A DNA stretch of 64,000 bases from Camelus dromedarius (GCF_036321535.1 NC_087437.1:106766001-106830000), one strand, 5' to 3'. Shown: positions 1 to 12,303, counted from the stretch's first letter. Translations and numbers: made by a program. Notes: generated from the letters alone by a model not told the origin.

Positions 1-712
1 CTACAGATCAAGTGAGATCATTTGGGTGAGGTTCATCCCACAGAAACAACTGTTTTGTTCAGTTCATTGCAAAATCTCAATCTTGTTTTTTTACTTGATA
101 CATTTAAGTTACTATTTCATTTGTTTTGAAGGAGATTAAAAGTAAAGTGAAGAAAGATGCAACTAATGGAGATTTTGAGGCCAAGTTTTTTTAGAAACAC
201 TTCATTAAGGAGTAAAACAAGCAAATAATATGTTTCTCTCTAGACTTCAAATGCTAAAACTAATGGCTTATGTAAGAATAGGTTTCAGATTTAAATCTAG
301 TGATCAGTATTGAGAGCATAATATCAAGCTTTTACCTTTCACCATAGTGAGCTAAATGCCAAAAATTTACTTTCAAACATGAACATGAAACAAAAGCCTT
401 AACTTCAATAAGCAATTGACATTTGCAAAAGAAGAAGCAAGGCTACACACAATTCATCCATTTATTTATCAAGGACACAATATGCACTCAGATGGATTTG
501 TTAGAGATTTCCCGACCTTGAATGTGACTTGGGTTCATTTTGACATATAATGCTTTACAATGTCAGGAAGAAAAACAACACTCACCCTGCAGAATTTTCA
601 TTTTGTACTTTTCTCTGTCTTGATTTCCCTTCTCTCACTGTTTTCTAGACTTATTTTTCAGGATTTGTTTTAAAGCTCTCCTCTTCTAGAAAGATCTTGA
701 AATCTAACATTC

Positions 713-1160
713 TATGGCAGATACTGTGGGTGCTCATTCAACAGCACCCTCCTGCCCTGCCTTTCCATACCATAGAGGCTTCAAAGAGGAACACTTGACT
801 GGCCAGTTTCCCTTGCATCTAGAAGTGGCCATGTGATAAAGTGAGAACTAGTGAAATACAGAGAACAGTCTCACTATGAGATGCCATCTGCCTTCTCTTC
901 CCACTCCTTTTTCCTTCTTGGATTGTGCAAATGATACCAGTAAGTCCAGAAGTCATTTTTTGACCCTGAAGACAACAGTCACATACTAAAGATGGCAGAG
1001 CTATCATATGAAAGGAGCCTCGTTCCTTGAAAACATAATTTTACAAATACACTAGCCCTGGACCATCTCCTTTTCAATTTTTTTTTCCTGTGAGATGAAA
1101 ATAAATTATTTAAACTACTGTATTTTTTTTCCTATTCACAGCCAAATACATTTAACCAAC
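713..1160 (+). mobile_element. Old MaLR solo LTR (MLT1I/J/K-like), degraded
   Basis: MLT1-type blocks: GAAGTGGCCATGTGA, CTAAAGATGGCAGAGC...GGAGCCT, CCCTGGAC, and GTGAGATGAAAATAAA...TTTAAACTACTG...CACAGCC. Subfamily uncertain. Confidence 0.6.
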
Positions 1161-1799
1161 GCACTCTTTAATCCATCCATTACAGACTGGGTTGAATTCA
1201 GAGCTCAACTTTCCCTAAGTGTAGAATTTAGGAAAAATTCAGTGGGTTAGATATTCTCCCTCTTTCCTTCCTCTTTTTCCCTTATCGCCTTCCAGTTCAA
1301 ATTCTGCTATTAGTACTACCATTAGAACTTAATAGAATACATTTCTCTGCATTTCTTCTCTTAAGATGTGTTATATATTTTTTGAGGATATCTATAATTA
1401 TGTATGATAATATTTTCATGAAGCGTTATGCAATCCTCAAAAAAGTATGCTCACCATCTTTATGCCTTGATGGTTGATTTTATGTCACACTGGAAGGATG
1501 AATCTCTAAGACTTGAAAGGTATTACAGAAGAAATATGAATACATATATGAATGTGTATATTTTCAAAATACTTTGTGTTTACAGTTACCACATTGCCTG
1601 TGGGTTTCTTTGGAGATGATAAGTTAATATTAGTTGAATATTTGTCCAAATAACAATGAATCTTGGTGGTGTAGAATAAACATTTCAAAGACCATGGCTC
1701 AGATTGTCGTTTTACTCTAGTAAGCACGTGAGGGAACTTGAGGAGTTGTTTAAACTTATAACTTATAAACATAAATATAAATATTTGACTTAGTCTTTT

Positions 1800-1866
1800 C
1801 AGTATGCTGTTATGAGAATCAGTCAAGATAATCAGCATGTTGTTATAAGAATCAGTCAAGATAATC
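1800..1866. repeat. 33-bp tandem duplication (2 copies, 3 mismatches)
   Basis: CAGTATGCTGTTATGAGAATCAGTCAAGATAAT (1800-1832) followed by CAGCATGTTGTTATAAGAATCAGTCAAGATAAT (1833-1865). Confidence 0.9.
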
Positions 1867-4057
1867 GATTGGAATAATACAATGTACTTTATAAACTATA
1901 ATACTATTAGTTACTAATAAAATTCCAAAATATGAATACCAGAATTATTTCAAATCAGGAGTATTTGCTAAGTATAAAGATGGAGTTTAATGTTTAATTT
2001 TTGTTCTTCATATCAATGAAGACATTAAACAATGAAGAAAAAAGCTGCTTATTTTCCTAACCCCATTTCCAACTCCATTTTTGGGGTGATTTTCCTACTG
2101 AAATCAATCTGTGTAGTATTGTGTGAGGTAGATGAAGAATGGTGAAAACATTAGCATATTTCTTTCCTGGCTGTGATTAGGCTACTAAGAAAAACCTACT
2201 TTTTAGGAATTCTCTGGCTTCCAGGAAAGTTGCTAGAAGCAAAAAGTGTTCTGGAAGGGAGGAAAATTCTCTCACAAAATGAATGCATTGAACATAACCA
2301 CCACTTAGAAAATAGAGAAGTAAGAATATCAGTTCAAAAGCAATAGAATAAGCCATAAACCTATGAAGGGGCCCAAACACCAAAATGCAAACGTTCTTGC
2401 TAACTTTCAATTGCCTCAGTGATTTATTCTAGCAAAAGACATGAGGGATAAAACAAGTCTGAAGGTAGCACTATGCTTTGCTCAAGTTTCACTAAGCAGA
2501 CTATAAAAGAAAAGTATATTCAGGATGGAAGGCCTACATATTGACCCAAAATGCACAGGTATCAGTGATTCTTTGGGAATAAGGAGTGTTCCAGTCAAAA
2601 GACATAGAGTGGCTGAATGGATCCAAAGAAAAAAAAAGACCAAATATATGCTGCCCAGGAGTCTCACTTCGGATTTTAAGACACAGACTGAAAGTAAAGG
2701 GATGGAAAAAGACATTTCATGAAAATGGAAATGAAAAGAAAGCTGGGCTAACCATGCCCATATCAGACAAAATAGAATTTAAACAAAGACTGCAATAAGA
2801 AACAAAGAAGGGCATTACATAATGATAAAAGGATCAATCCAACACTTGTAAATATCTATGCACCCAACATAGGAGCACCTAAATACATAAAGCAAATATT
2901 CACAAAAATAAAGAGGGCTATGGACAGTAATAATAATAATAGCAGGGGACTTTAACACCCCACTTACATCAATGGGCAGATCATTCAGACAAGAAAATCA
3001 ATAAGGAAACATGGGCCTTCAATGACACATTAAACCAGAGGAACTTAGTAGATAAATTCAGAACATTCAATGCCAAAACGCAGAACACACCTTCTTTTCA
3101 AGTGTGCATGAACAGTTCTCCATGATATATCACATTACACCACAGAACAAATATCAGTAAATTTAAGAAGACTGAAATCATATCAATCACTTTTCCAACC
3201 AAAACATTATGAAACTAGAAATCAATTACAAGAAGAAAAACGGAAAAATCATAATCACATGGAGGGTAAACAACTTGCACTACACAACCAGTGGGTCAAT
3301 GAATAAGTCAAAGAGGAAATTAAAAAAAAAACCTTGAGTGAAATGAGAATCAAACACATTTCAAAATCTATGGGGCACAGCAAAAGCAGTTCTGAAGGGA
3401 AGTTTATAGCAATACAGGCCTAACTTAGGAAGCAAGAAAAATCTCAAATAAACAATCCAAGCTTTCAACTAAAGGAAGTAGAAAAAGCAAAAAAAGCTTA
3501 AAGTCTGTAGAAGGATGAAAGTAATGGGCCAGAGTGGAATTAATGAAATAGAGACTAAAAATTAAATAAATAAATAGAAAAGATCAATGACATTAAAAGC
3601 TGCTTCTTTGAAAGCTAAACAAAATCGATAAACCTTTAGCCAGATTTATCAAGAAAAAAGAGAGAGACTCCAAATAAATAGAATCAGAAATGGAAGAGAA
3701 GCCAACAACCAACAGCACAGGAATACAAAGGATCATGAATGACTACTACGAGCATTGTATATGACAACAAACCGGACAACCTAGAAGAAATGGACACATT
3801 TCTAGAAACGTAGCAGCATGCCAACACCGAGTCTAGAAGAAACAGGTAATTTGAACAGACCAATTACTAGATGTGAAATAGAATTGGCAATTAAAAAAAA
3901 AAAAAACAAACTCTCAACAAACAAAAGTCCAGATGGCTTGACAGGTGAATTCTGCCAAACATTTAAAGAGGAGTTAATACTGATCCTTCTCAAAGTACAT
4001 AAACAAGTAGAAAGATTTTCCATGTTCGTGGTATACATGGATATAGAAGATGCGAGA

Positions 4058-4101
4058 TACACACACACACACACACACAGACACAGACACACACACACAC
4101 A
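4058..4101. repeat. (CA)n microsatellite within L1
   Basis: ACACAC... run with two CAGA interruptions. Confidence 0.95.
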
Positions 4102-4339
4102 ATGGAATATTATTCAGCCAGAGAAAGGAAATCTTTCTGTTGTGACAACATGCATGGCTCTAGAGGTTGTTATGCTAAAAGAAATAAATCAAACAGAGAA
4201 AGACAAATACCATATGATGTCATTTATATGTGGAATCTAAAAAAACCAAAACAAACTAACAAAACAAAATGAAAAAAGACTCATAGATAAAGAAAACAGT
4301 GTTTGCCAGAGGAAAGGAGTGTAGGGGTAAGATAAGAAA

Positions 4340-4412
4340 TTGATACATTGTAACTGACTATACTTCATTTAAAAAAAAAAGAATAAAATGAATAAAATGG
4401 TTAAAAAAAAAA
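4340..4412 (+). mobile_element. Extreme 3' end of a younger L1 nested in the 3' UTR of the older L1
   Basis: TGATACATTGTAACTGACTATACTTCA plus an A-rich tail interrupts the host UTR. It resembles the L1 terminus at 45955-45984. Possible short TSD AAGAAA. Confidence 0.7.
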
Positions 4413-4639
4413 GAAAGGTACAAATCTTTAGTTATAAAATAAATAAACCACAGGGATGTAATATACAGCATAAGGAATACGGTCAATAATATTGCAACTA
4501 CTGTGTTATGGGGACAGATAGTTACTAGACTTGTTGTGATGATCATTTCACAATGTGTGCAAATGTCAAATTGCTCTGTAGTGCATCTGAAAGAGACATA
4601 ATATTGAATACAATTATATGTCAATAATGAAAAAATGGA

Positions 4640-5560
4640 AATACATTTCTTAAGGCTATAGCTGACGCAGATAGTGATTCCTCTGTTGGATATGGGCAAA
4701 GTCGATTTAAAACCTTCTGGAAAGGACTCACCACTCTAGATGCCACAAAGAACATTTTATGATTCATGGGAAGAGGTCAAAGTATGAACATTATGAGGAG
4801 TTTGGAAGAAGCTGATTCCACCCTCATGGATGACTTTGAGGGGTTCAAGACTTTGGTGGAGGAAGTAACTACAGATGTGGTAGAAATAGCAGGAAAATTA
4901 GAATTGGAAGTGGAGCTTGAAGATGTGATTGAATTGCTGCAATCTCATGATAAATGTTTAGCAGGTGAAGAGTTAGTTCTTACGGATGAGCAAAGAAAGT
5001 GGTTTCATGAGATGGAATCTACTCCTGGTGAAGATCCTGTAAAGATTGTTGAAATGACAGCAAAGGATTTAGAATATTACATAAACATTGATAAACTAGA
5101 GGCAGGACTTGAAGGGATTGATTCCAATTTTAAAAGAAGTTCCACTGGGGGTAAAACACTGTCATTGCATGCTTCAGAGAAATCACTCCTGAAAGGAAGA
5201 GTCATTGATGCAGCAAATTTCATTGTTGTCTTATTTTGAGAAATGGCCACAGCCACTCCAAGCTTCAGCAACCACCACCCTGATCAGTTAGCAGCCATCA
5301 CACAGAGGTAAGACCCTTCATGAGGGAAGATTGTAACTCACTGGAGCTCAGATAATGGTTAGCATTTTCTAGCAATGAAGTGTTGACAAATTAAGATATG
5401 TACACTTTTTAGACATAATGCTATTGCACAGTTAACAGAATACAATATAGTGTAAACATAACTTTTATATGCACAAAGTTCACATGACTTGCTTTATTGC
5501 TATATTTGATTTATTGTGGTGGTTGGGAACAGACCCTGCAAAATTTCCAAGGTTTACCTA
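4640..5560 (+). mobile_element. Tigger1 (TcMar-Tigger/pogo) DNA transposon, 3' portion with right TIR
   Basis: Tigger1-like sequence AATACATTT..AAGGCTATAGCTG..GATAGTGATTCCTCTG. ORF 4766-5239 ([44 protein letters not shown]) matches the transposase C-terminus. Ends with TIR-like ...TTTCCAAGGTTTACCTA then TA. Confidence 0.95.
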
Positions 5561-6109
5561 TAATTGGTTCTTATCAATTTGACTAGGTTCAGTTGGCTAT
5601 TAAAATGGTCAGTTTTTTTTCTACTAGTGTAATCAATTATTTTTCTTCTCAAGGTGACTTGGTATAGTTGGATATAATTTTTGTAATGGACATGAAGTCT
5701 AGACTTGGAATTGGGAGACTGTGTGTATGTGTCTGTGTGTGTGAAGCATTCACATAGGACACATATATATGTATTGTAAACTAGAAGAGAAATGTTTTGA
5801 CATTAAGATTAGTGGTTCAAATATAAATTACACATGGTGCTTTTTGGGCAACTTCTGGTCTCTTGTTCTATTCTTGGTGATAGTACAGTTTTTCCACCGA
5901 TATCAAAGCCCAGCTTCCAAAGCCACTTCTAGAGTGACTGATTCACATGTTTGTGACTGCTTCTCTATTTCTGCAATGAAATATAGGTCTCTTTCAAAAA
6001 TTCCTAAAATAGAATTTTATCCTGTTCATCTATTGACTTCCTTGAAGGTAGAACTCAACAGCCAGTTCTTTTTTTTTTATTAACATGCACACAAAATTAA
6101 ATAACTTCA

Positions 6110-6310
6110 TGTAGCTTTTTCCCCTCAAAAATAGTTATTCAATTTGTTCTAGGTGTTTGGCCCTAGGCAAGATTCTTGTGGATATAAATATGGATAAGAC
6201 CTGGCACTTTCCCTTGGAGAACTTATTGTTTAGTTGGGAAACAGACACCTAAATGGTTGACAATAATATACAATAATAAGTGTTGTAAAGTGTGAACAAA
6301 GCACTAGTAA
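6110..6310 (-). mobile_element. L2 3' fragment
   Basis: L2-antisense motifs GGATATAAATATGGATAAGAC..CCCTTGGAGAACTTATTGTTTAGTTGGG..ACAGACA. Confidence 0.55.
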
Positions 6311-7289
6311 CAGCCATAAAGACTTACATAGTTTTAGCTCTATATAAATATCTCTCTGAGATATGAATATATATTAAATTCTTTTTAAAAAAATTCTAGT
6401 TAGCTGCACATGATATACAATAATGCCTTTTAATATTTTCTAGAACATCTTGTCTCCACAGGCATATATTGTCTAGACTCTACATTAAAAGTAAAATAGT
6501 GATGAGAATGAGGGGAGTCTCTGTAATTCGGAAGAGGTGGGGGTATGATGAGGGTAAAGTGACAGACGTTTAAGTGGCGATGAAGTGAAAGCTTTCTGGT
6601 CAATGGCAGGTGACAGACAGAGACCATTGATCTTGGCAGGGAAGCTGCAGTCGTTGTGAAGTCTGGTGGTCTTGCCAAGAGTTATAATTTCATAGCTCAG
6701 TGAAATTAGTTGAGCAGGAGAGTTTGAAGATACATATGTAAACCTTTAGAAGAAACAACTTATACATTTCTGAAGATAATAGATAGGGAATAATGGGACA
6801 TCTGAGCAGATTACAACATATTCTCTAGACTACTGAACTTTTCCCTATCCGTGTTGAGTGGATTTTTACCCCAAATATACTGTCACATCTTATCTTTAAA
6901 AAAAAACATAGACAGCTCTTTGCAGAATATCAGCAGTTGCTGCACATTGTCCTTGAAGTCAAGCACATCAATACTTGCTTTTGTTGACAGCTGTGATGAA
7001 CAACATCTTAAAAAATCTCAGAGCCCTTAAAACAAGTCCTGATGCCTTCTTGAAAACCATAATGAGCAGTAGGAGAAGTGGAGTGGGGCTATTATGAGGG
7101 CTTCCTGGCTCCCAAGCTGTGTCCCACAGGCTATGATTCTAATTTGAGATTAATTTTCTTGTCCCATGTGTATCAGGAAAGTCACATTTTCCTCAGTGAA
7201 AAAATACAAATAGCCCCATCCTAATTTCATGAACTTGGGGAAGAAGAAAGATTACAGAGAAAGGTGGGATGATGCTTAAAACATCATCT

Positions 7290-7750
7290 ATTCATTCATT
7301 TATTGAACAAATACTAATTTTGGAAGGTTCAATGGCATTTAGGTCCTAATGGGGTTTAAAAAATTCTAGATTTAGGTAACTATAGAAAGGAGGCTGGACC
7401 CAGGGGAGGTAGTGATTTGGAAAAAGGTCATTGTTACGGTGAGATTGTGAATGGGGTGCTGTTATTAGTAGTGATAAGATCTTGGGCATTGCCTTCTAGC
7501 TTTTTTTCTGTTGTCATACACATAGAAAATGGTAACAGTTTATAGCTTAACTGTTCAGTAATCTGTCCTGAGGCCAGAAGTGATCGGCTGAGGGCATTGG
7601 AGGCTCACCCACTTCTCAGCCTCTGTGAGGGCAGCTGATCTATGATATGACCATGGGAGTGGGTGGCTGGGCCAGAAAGAGGAACAAGGAACTGAAAGGC
7701 CAAGGTGTTGGAAGGATCATGAACATAGTTATAGAAATCACCAAGGCAAG
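7290..7750 (-). mobile_element. L2 fragments
   Basis: TTCATTCATTTATTGAACAAATA tail. GGAAGGATCATGAACATAGTTATAGAAATCACCAAGG resembles the L2 segment near 40550. Confidence 0.45.
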
Positions 7751-8264
7751 CATCCTTTCCCCAGAGTTACTTGAGAGTAGCAGTTCCCCACCCAGCGCAA
7801 TAGCGGTGCCTTTAATAAGTATGCTGATATCTGCACTTTCTGCATCCCTCAAGGTGTCAGAATGGTGTTTCCACTTTTGTCCACAATGAGCCTGAAATAT
7901 ACCAGGCTTCCCCTGCAAATGGGAGGTATGCCCCTCCTCTACTCTGGAATGTGCTCTGTCCCCTAGATCCTGTTCCTTTGTATCTCATGAGCCTCTTGTG
8001 AAAACAACGTCTTCCTCCATCACTGACCTGCAGCAGGTCTGTTCATTTGTCTCAGATGGTGGGTGGTCTATGGACCAGGCTGGATAACAGACACTGCTTG
8101 GTCCTCCTCTACACTTCCATTGCATTTTTCTAGGCCATTGCTCCTCTTTCTTTGAGCCAAACATCAAGGTTATGAGCAAATGAAATTATAGACCCTGAGA
8201 TCTCTTGGACCTGAAAACCAGTTTATCAAATATGCCTAGATGTGCTTGAACTCTAAGCAGCAAA

Positions 8265-8605
8265 TTCTGCTTCACTCTGCTTGGAAGAAGTTCTTTCCTC
8301 TGCCAGCTCCTTTCTACCATTCAGATCTCAGTCAAAAGCTACCCCTCCTGGAAAAGGCCATTTCTTCTGTTTAAAGAAGTCCTCTCACTTCCTCTCTATA
8401 GTCAATGTCAATCACATGAACCCACTATATTCCTCCTGTGACAATCAATATCTGGAATTATCGTGTATTTTTCTTGTTAATGTTCTTTTGTCCCCACTTC
8501 ATTAGAATAGCTCTGTGCATCTTGTCCACCAGTGCTTAGAACAATGCCTACCACATGTTATTTGCCTAGCAAATGTTTGCTTAATGAATAAATTAATGAG
8601 TTAAT
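8265..8605 (+). mobile_element. L2 3' end
   Basis: CCATTCAGATCTCAG..., CCAGTGCTTAGAACAATGCCTACCACAT...AAATGTTTGCTTAATGAATAAATTAATGA. Confidence 0.8.
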
Positions 8606-11160
8606 GCATCTGAGAGCTGTGAGCTGCAATGGCATTGCATCTGGTTTTATCATTATTTTTTTTTTAATTAAAAATTTTGTCTTCTTAAGACTGATTTATT
8701 TTGAGTCTGGTTCAACCTTATTGAAAGCTAATTTGCGTTTGAAAACTTGGTCTTGCCAGAGTGTGAATGTGCTCTCAAGCTGATCTGACTTACTAACAGT
8801 ACACAACAGTCTGAGTCCTGAGACCTGGCATTATTCTTGTGGCCATCCTTCTCATTCTCCTTTCTAACTTATTTCTCATATATGTCTCTTGGCTGTTCCC
8901 TCCGTGAGTAGCCAAGAGGTTCCGGAAATATTCCTCAGGCTGCCATTTTTGATGTTCCAGTGCCCAGAGATAAATGGAACCTTACATGCTAGATGAGAGC
9001 ATCTCTCTGCAATCCCATCAGTAACTTCCTTCCTTGTGTGACCCAGCTGGGGTTCAGGTGGGGTGTGGGCTGCAGGACTTACTCTGATATCTCAGCTGGT
9101 GAGCTGGGGGGTCTGCTTCTGCCATGTCATTCTAGTCCATGCCCCAGGCTTCTGGCTGTTGGCTCTTGGCCCGCTGTGCCTTGCCTCCAATGGCAGATCC
9201 TCTTGTCTCACATGACTAGTTGACACCTAGAATTCTGGATGAGTCCCAGTGCCTCATTCCGTCCTGATTTCTCAATGTAGGCCCCTTCCACAGTGGGGCT
9301 GGCCAGGACTGGACTTGAGTTTACCCTCCATTCTTTTTATTTAAATGCCTTTCTCCTTCTGCCTGGAACCAGTTCTCTTCTGTGAGTTAGTATTTTTCAA
9401 CTTCACCTACGTCGGTGCTGGCTGGGCCTTGCATTCCAACTTTCATCTCTTCATAAGAATTCTCAGCGTATTATCCTGCTTACGTATTATTCCAGCCACA
9501 AATTCATCCGACCATGTCCTGTGGAAACAAGTGTCCACAAAAATCAAATACAGAGAGATACCAAAGATCGAATACATTAAAAAAAATTTATACTCACATC
9601 TTATTTTCAGAGGATTGACCTTAATAAAATATTAAGCTTCCATTGGGCATTCAAATGACTGGAGTAAAGCCTAATATTATGCAGACATATGTCATAAAGA
9701 ATGTGAACCATCAAATTAAGTCCCTGAATGATAAGAGCTTCATACAATAACACCCTGTAGTGATATGATTAAATGATGGTCATTCAGTGTGTTTCCCAAT
9801 ACCAACAGGAAAATGGGCTTTTCCTGTGCAGTGGAAAACCGAATGATTTATTTTGGTCATTGATAAGGTAGGACAGTGTTTATCTTCAGGGATCTATATT
9901 AAATATTAGCTAATTATTTAAAAAATCTAATGCCACTATAGCAAAGAGCATTACAACCTCTAAAGAGAGGGTGCATTGTACAAAAAGCAAGATATTCATT
10001 CTATCTACAGAAGCATGGTTTGGAGAAAGACCAAGAAAATAATCCTTAAAGTTAGGGTCTCAGCCCAGGGCCACACTTGTTTTGGACACTGTATGGCCAT
10101 GAGAGCATGTTTTGGGTGGATATTTCACAATAACAAATATAATCATGATTAATCCTAAAGACTGATTAAAATGCATGTATCATATAAATCATTGTGGGGA
10201 TACAAAATATTTAATCCAAATAAAATATTATAAACCGTATTTTAAAATATAATGAAAATCTGTTTGCCTAGATTCTTAAAAATTAAGGCATTTTTGGAAT
10301 TCATAAGCTGTTATAAGACTTCTGAAATGTTAAAATGTGTGCTCATTGTATAAATGTATGCACACTATGGGCTCTGTCTGTGGAATAAAATGCATTTCTT
10401 CTTTCTGCTTTTTTTAGCTATGGGTGGCTTATGGTTTAATTTTCTTCAAGAGAGAGACAAGAAGAATAATGTGAACCAATGACATTCGGGAGTTAGGATG
10501 CTTGAATGTTTTGATCTTGACTTCTACTGTTATTTTAAGTAATTGGACCAAGAGGTATCTCTTAAAATAATACACATCAAGCAACACAGCTTGATATAGA
10601 TCAGGAAATTTCATCTCCTGTGTCTATGAATAAGAACTTATTTATAAGGAATGGGATAAAGGAAGTGTCTTCATGCCCCCAAATGTCCTTCCCCAGTAGC
10701 CAGCCATGGGACCTGAGATGCTGTCAGGGGAGATGTTACCTCTGTGTGCTGATTCCATAGGGTCTGGTAGGACCACAAGGTGAAATGGCAGCAGGGTCTA
10801 ACCTGGAGGCACAGGTATCCATAAGCACCTGGAACTCAGAAACCTCCTCTTATGCTTTCTGCTCTTCCTTATAATACCTAAAACTATGATAAGTGTACAG
10901 AATACTCAACATGAAAAAATGCAGTCATGAAACTCTTCATGGTCTTTACAGTTATAAAGACACTAAGACGGTGGCTATGGCCTAAAAGAGAAAATATTTT
11001 TAAAGGTTGTGAGAAAGAATAAAAGGGCTCTCTGCATTGGACAAAGTTCATCCATTCATTCATTTATCAGACATCTGTTGAGCACATGATATGTGTTCTC
11101 AAGTAGCAAATATGCAAATATATACATACTTGCTATAGAAGAGTGACAGGTGCTTCTCTA

Positions 11161-11180
11161 GCTGCAGCCCCCTGGAGGGC
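11161..11180 (-). promoter_or_regulatory. Candidate CTCF site
   Basis: Minus strand reads CCTCCAGGGGGCTGC against core consensus CCASYAGRKGGCRSY (2 deviations). Motif match only. Confidence 0.3.
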
Positions 11181-11490
11181 TGATTTCCTAGTAACACTCA
11201 CAGGAAACCCTCACCAAATGTTAAAACATGAAAATGCTTCTTAACTGGTTGATGTTTACTGTCACAGCTCCCCCAAATGACCCTTCGGTGTCCTGGCTTT
11301 CCAGACCCCTTCATGGGATCCCCTGTGCCTCTCCCTCATCCAGCAATTAAGATTTGATATTTGGCACATTTGGAGGTCTCTCCGACCCTCTTTCCCTGGA
11401 TACCCCCAGCCCAACTTCTATCGCTCATTCTGATTGGTTGATGTTAACTGTTCTTATTTTAAATATCCTCCCTGGGCACCTGGTGGAAGA

Positions 11491-11612
11491 TCAGTGGTTC
11501 TTAAACTTCCATTATTCTTCAGAATCAATACAGGTGACTAAACCTACCCCAGCACTGTCAGAATACCCACCCCCTCCATGTGGGGTCTGCAGGCAGGTTA
11601 AGAACAGTTGTG
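11491..11612. mobile_element. MER5-type hAT-Charlie MITE, internally deleted
   Basis: TIR-like ends CAGTGGTTCTTAAAC ... GGTTAAGAACAGTTG. Confidence 0.6.
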
Positions 11613-11693
11613 CTAAAGGAACATAGTTGAAGGGAATGGCCTTTTCTTTGGAGAGGAATTCACCAGTTAAATATTGAGACTCTTAGCAAAGCT

Positions 11694-11893
11694 AAGTGGG
11701 TCTCAATCTTGACTACATTGGAGTCACCTGCACATAAGAAAAAGAACAAAATGAAACAAAACACCAAACTGATATCAGAGTTTTACTCCAGAGATTCTAA
11801 TTCAAATGATCTGGGGATATGTTCTGGACAAAATTTTTTTTTTAATGCTCCCAGGAGATTTTAATGTGCAGCCACCAAAGTTGAGAACTACTG
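11694..11893. mobile_element. MER5B-like hAT-Charlie element
   Basis: AGTGGGTCTCAATCTTG..GGAGTCACCTG..CCAGAGATTCTAATTCA..GCTCCCAGGAGATTTTAATGTGCAGCCA..GTTGAGAACTACTG. Confidence 0.85.
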
Positions 11894-12232
11894 CTTTAAG
11901 CAGAGAATAAAATGAGTTAGAACATCTAACCTTGGGAATAAATATATAAAAGGCTTGAAAATAGAAAAAAATCAAGATACATTGATAACAAGGTGTGTGT
12001 GTGAAAGAGAGACAAACTGAAAGCAAGAGAGCATAAACTAAATAAAAAAGGTATGGTATTAATGGCCCCATCACTGGACTTCTTTAAGGTTTTCCTAGAT
12101 TCAAGCAACTATGTTATTATTTTTAGTTTTCTTTAATGTGTCTTTGAGTGATTGACAGATTTAACAGTCCTGATTGTAAAGATCCTGATCTATAACATTT
12201 CAGAACTTTTAGAATATTAAAAAGCAGCTCAG

Positions 12233-12303
12233 CTCACTAACTTCTGCTCCCTTCCCTCTGTCCTCCTTCTTCCCCTGACTCCCCACTGCAGGCTCAGGTA
12301 TGT
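12233..12303 (+). other. Strong 3' splice site followed 6 nt later by a 5' splice site (candidate microexon 12292-12297 or recursive splice site)
   Basis: Branch point CTCACTAAC (12233-12241), about 48 nt AG-free polypyrimidine tract, then CTGCAG|GCTCAG|GTATGT. Confidence 0.4.

Larger units (their letters stand above)
2586..4640 (+). mobile_element. LINE-1 remnant: ORF2 endonuclease/Z region, internally deleted RT, ORF2 C-terminus, 3' UTR and A-rich tail
   Basis: Frameshifted ORF2 peptides: PVKRHRVAEWI, HRLKVKGWKK..HENGNEKKAG..ISDKIEFK, NLNRPIT..EIE, NKSPDGLTGEFCQTFKEELILILLK and LKEINQTEKDKYHMMSFICGI*. L1 3' UTR follows (GGTACAAA...GTTATAAAATAAATAA...). Many stops and frameshifts. Confidence 0.97.

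Noticed and set aside
2525..4240. ORFs with endonuclease/RT-like peptides as an active retroelement or novel RT system
   Set aside because: These are ordinary L1 ORF2 fragments with many frameshifts and a deleted RT core.
4766..5239. 157-aa ORF as a gene (TIGD1-like)
   Set aside because: It is the C-terminal part of a decayed Tigger1 transposase. The upstream frame is broken and the DNA-binding and most catalytic regions are absent.
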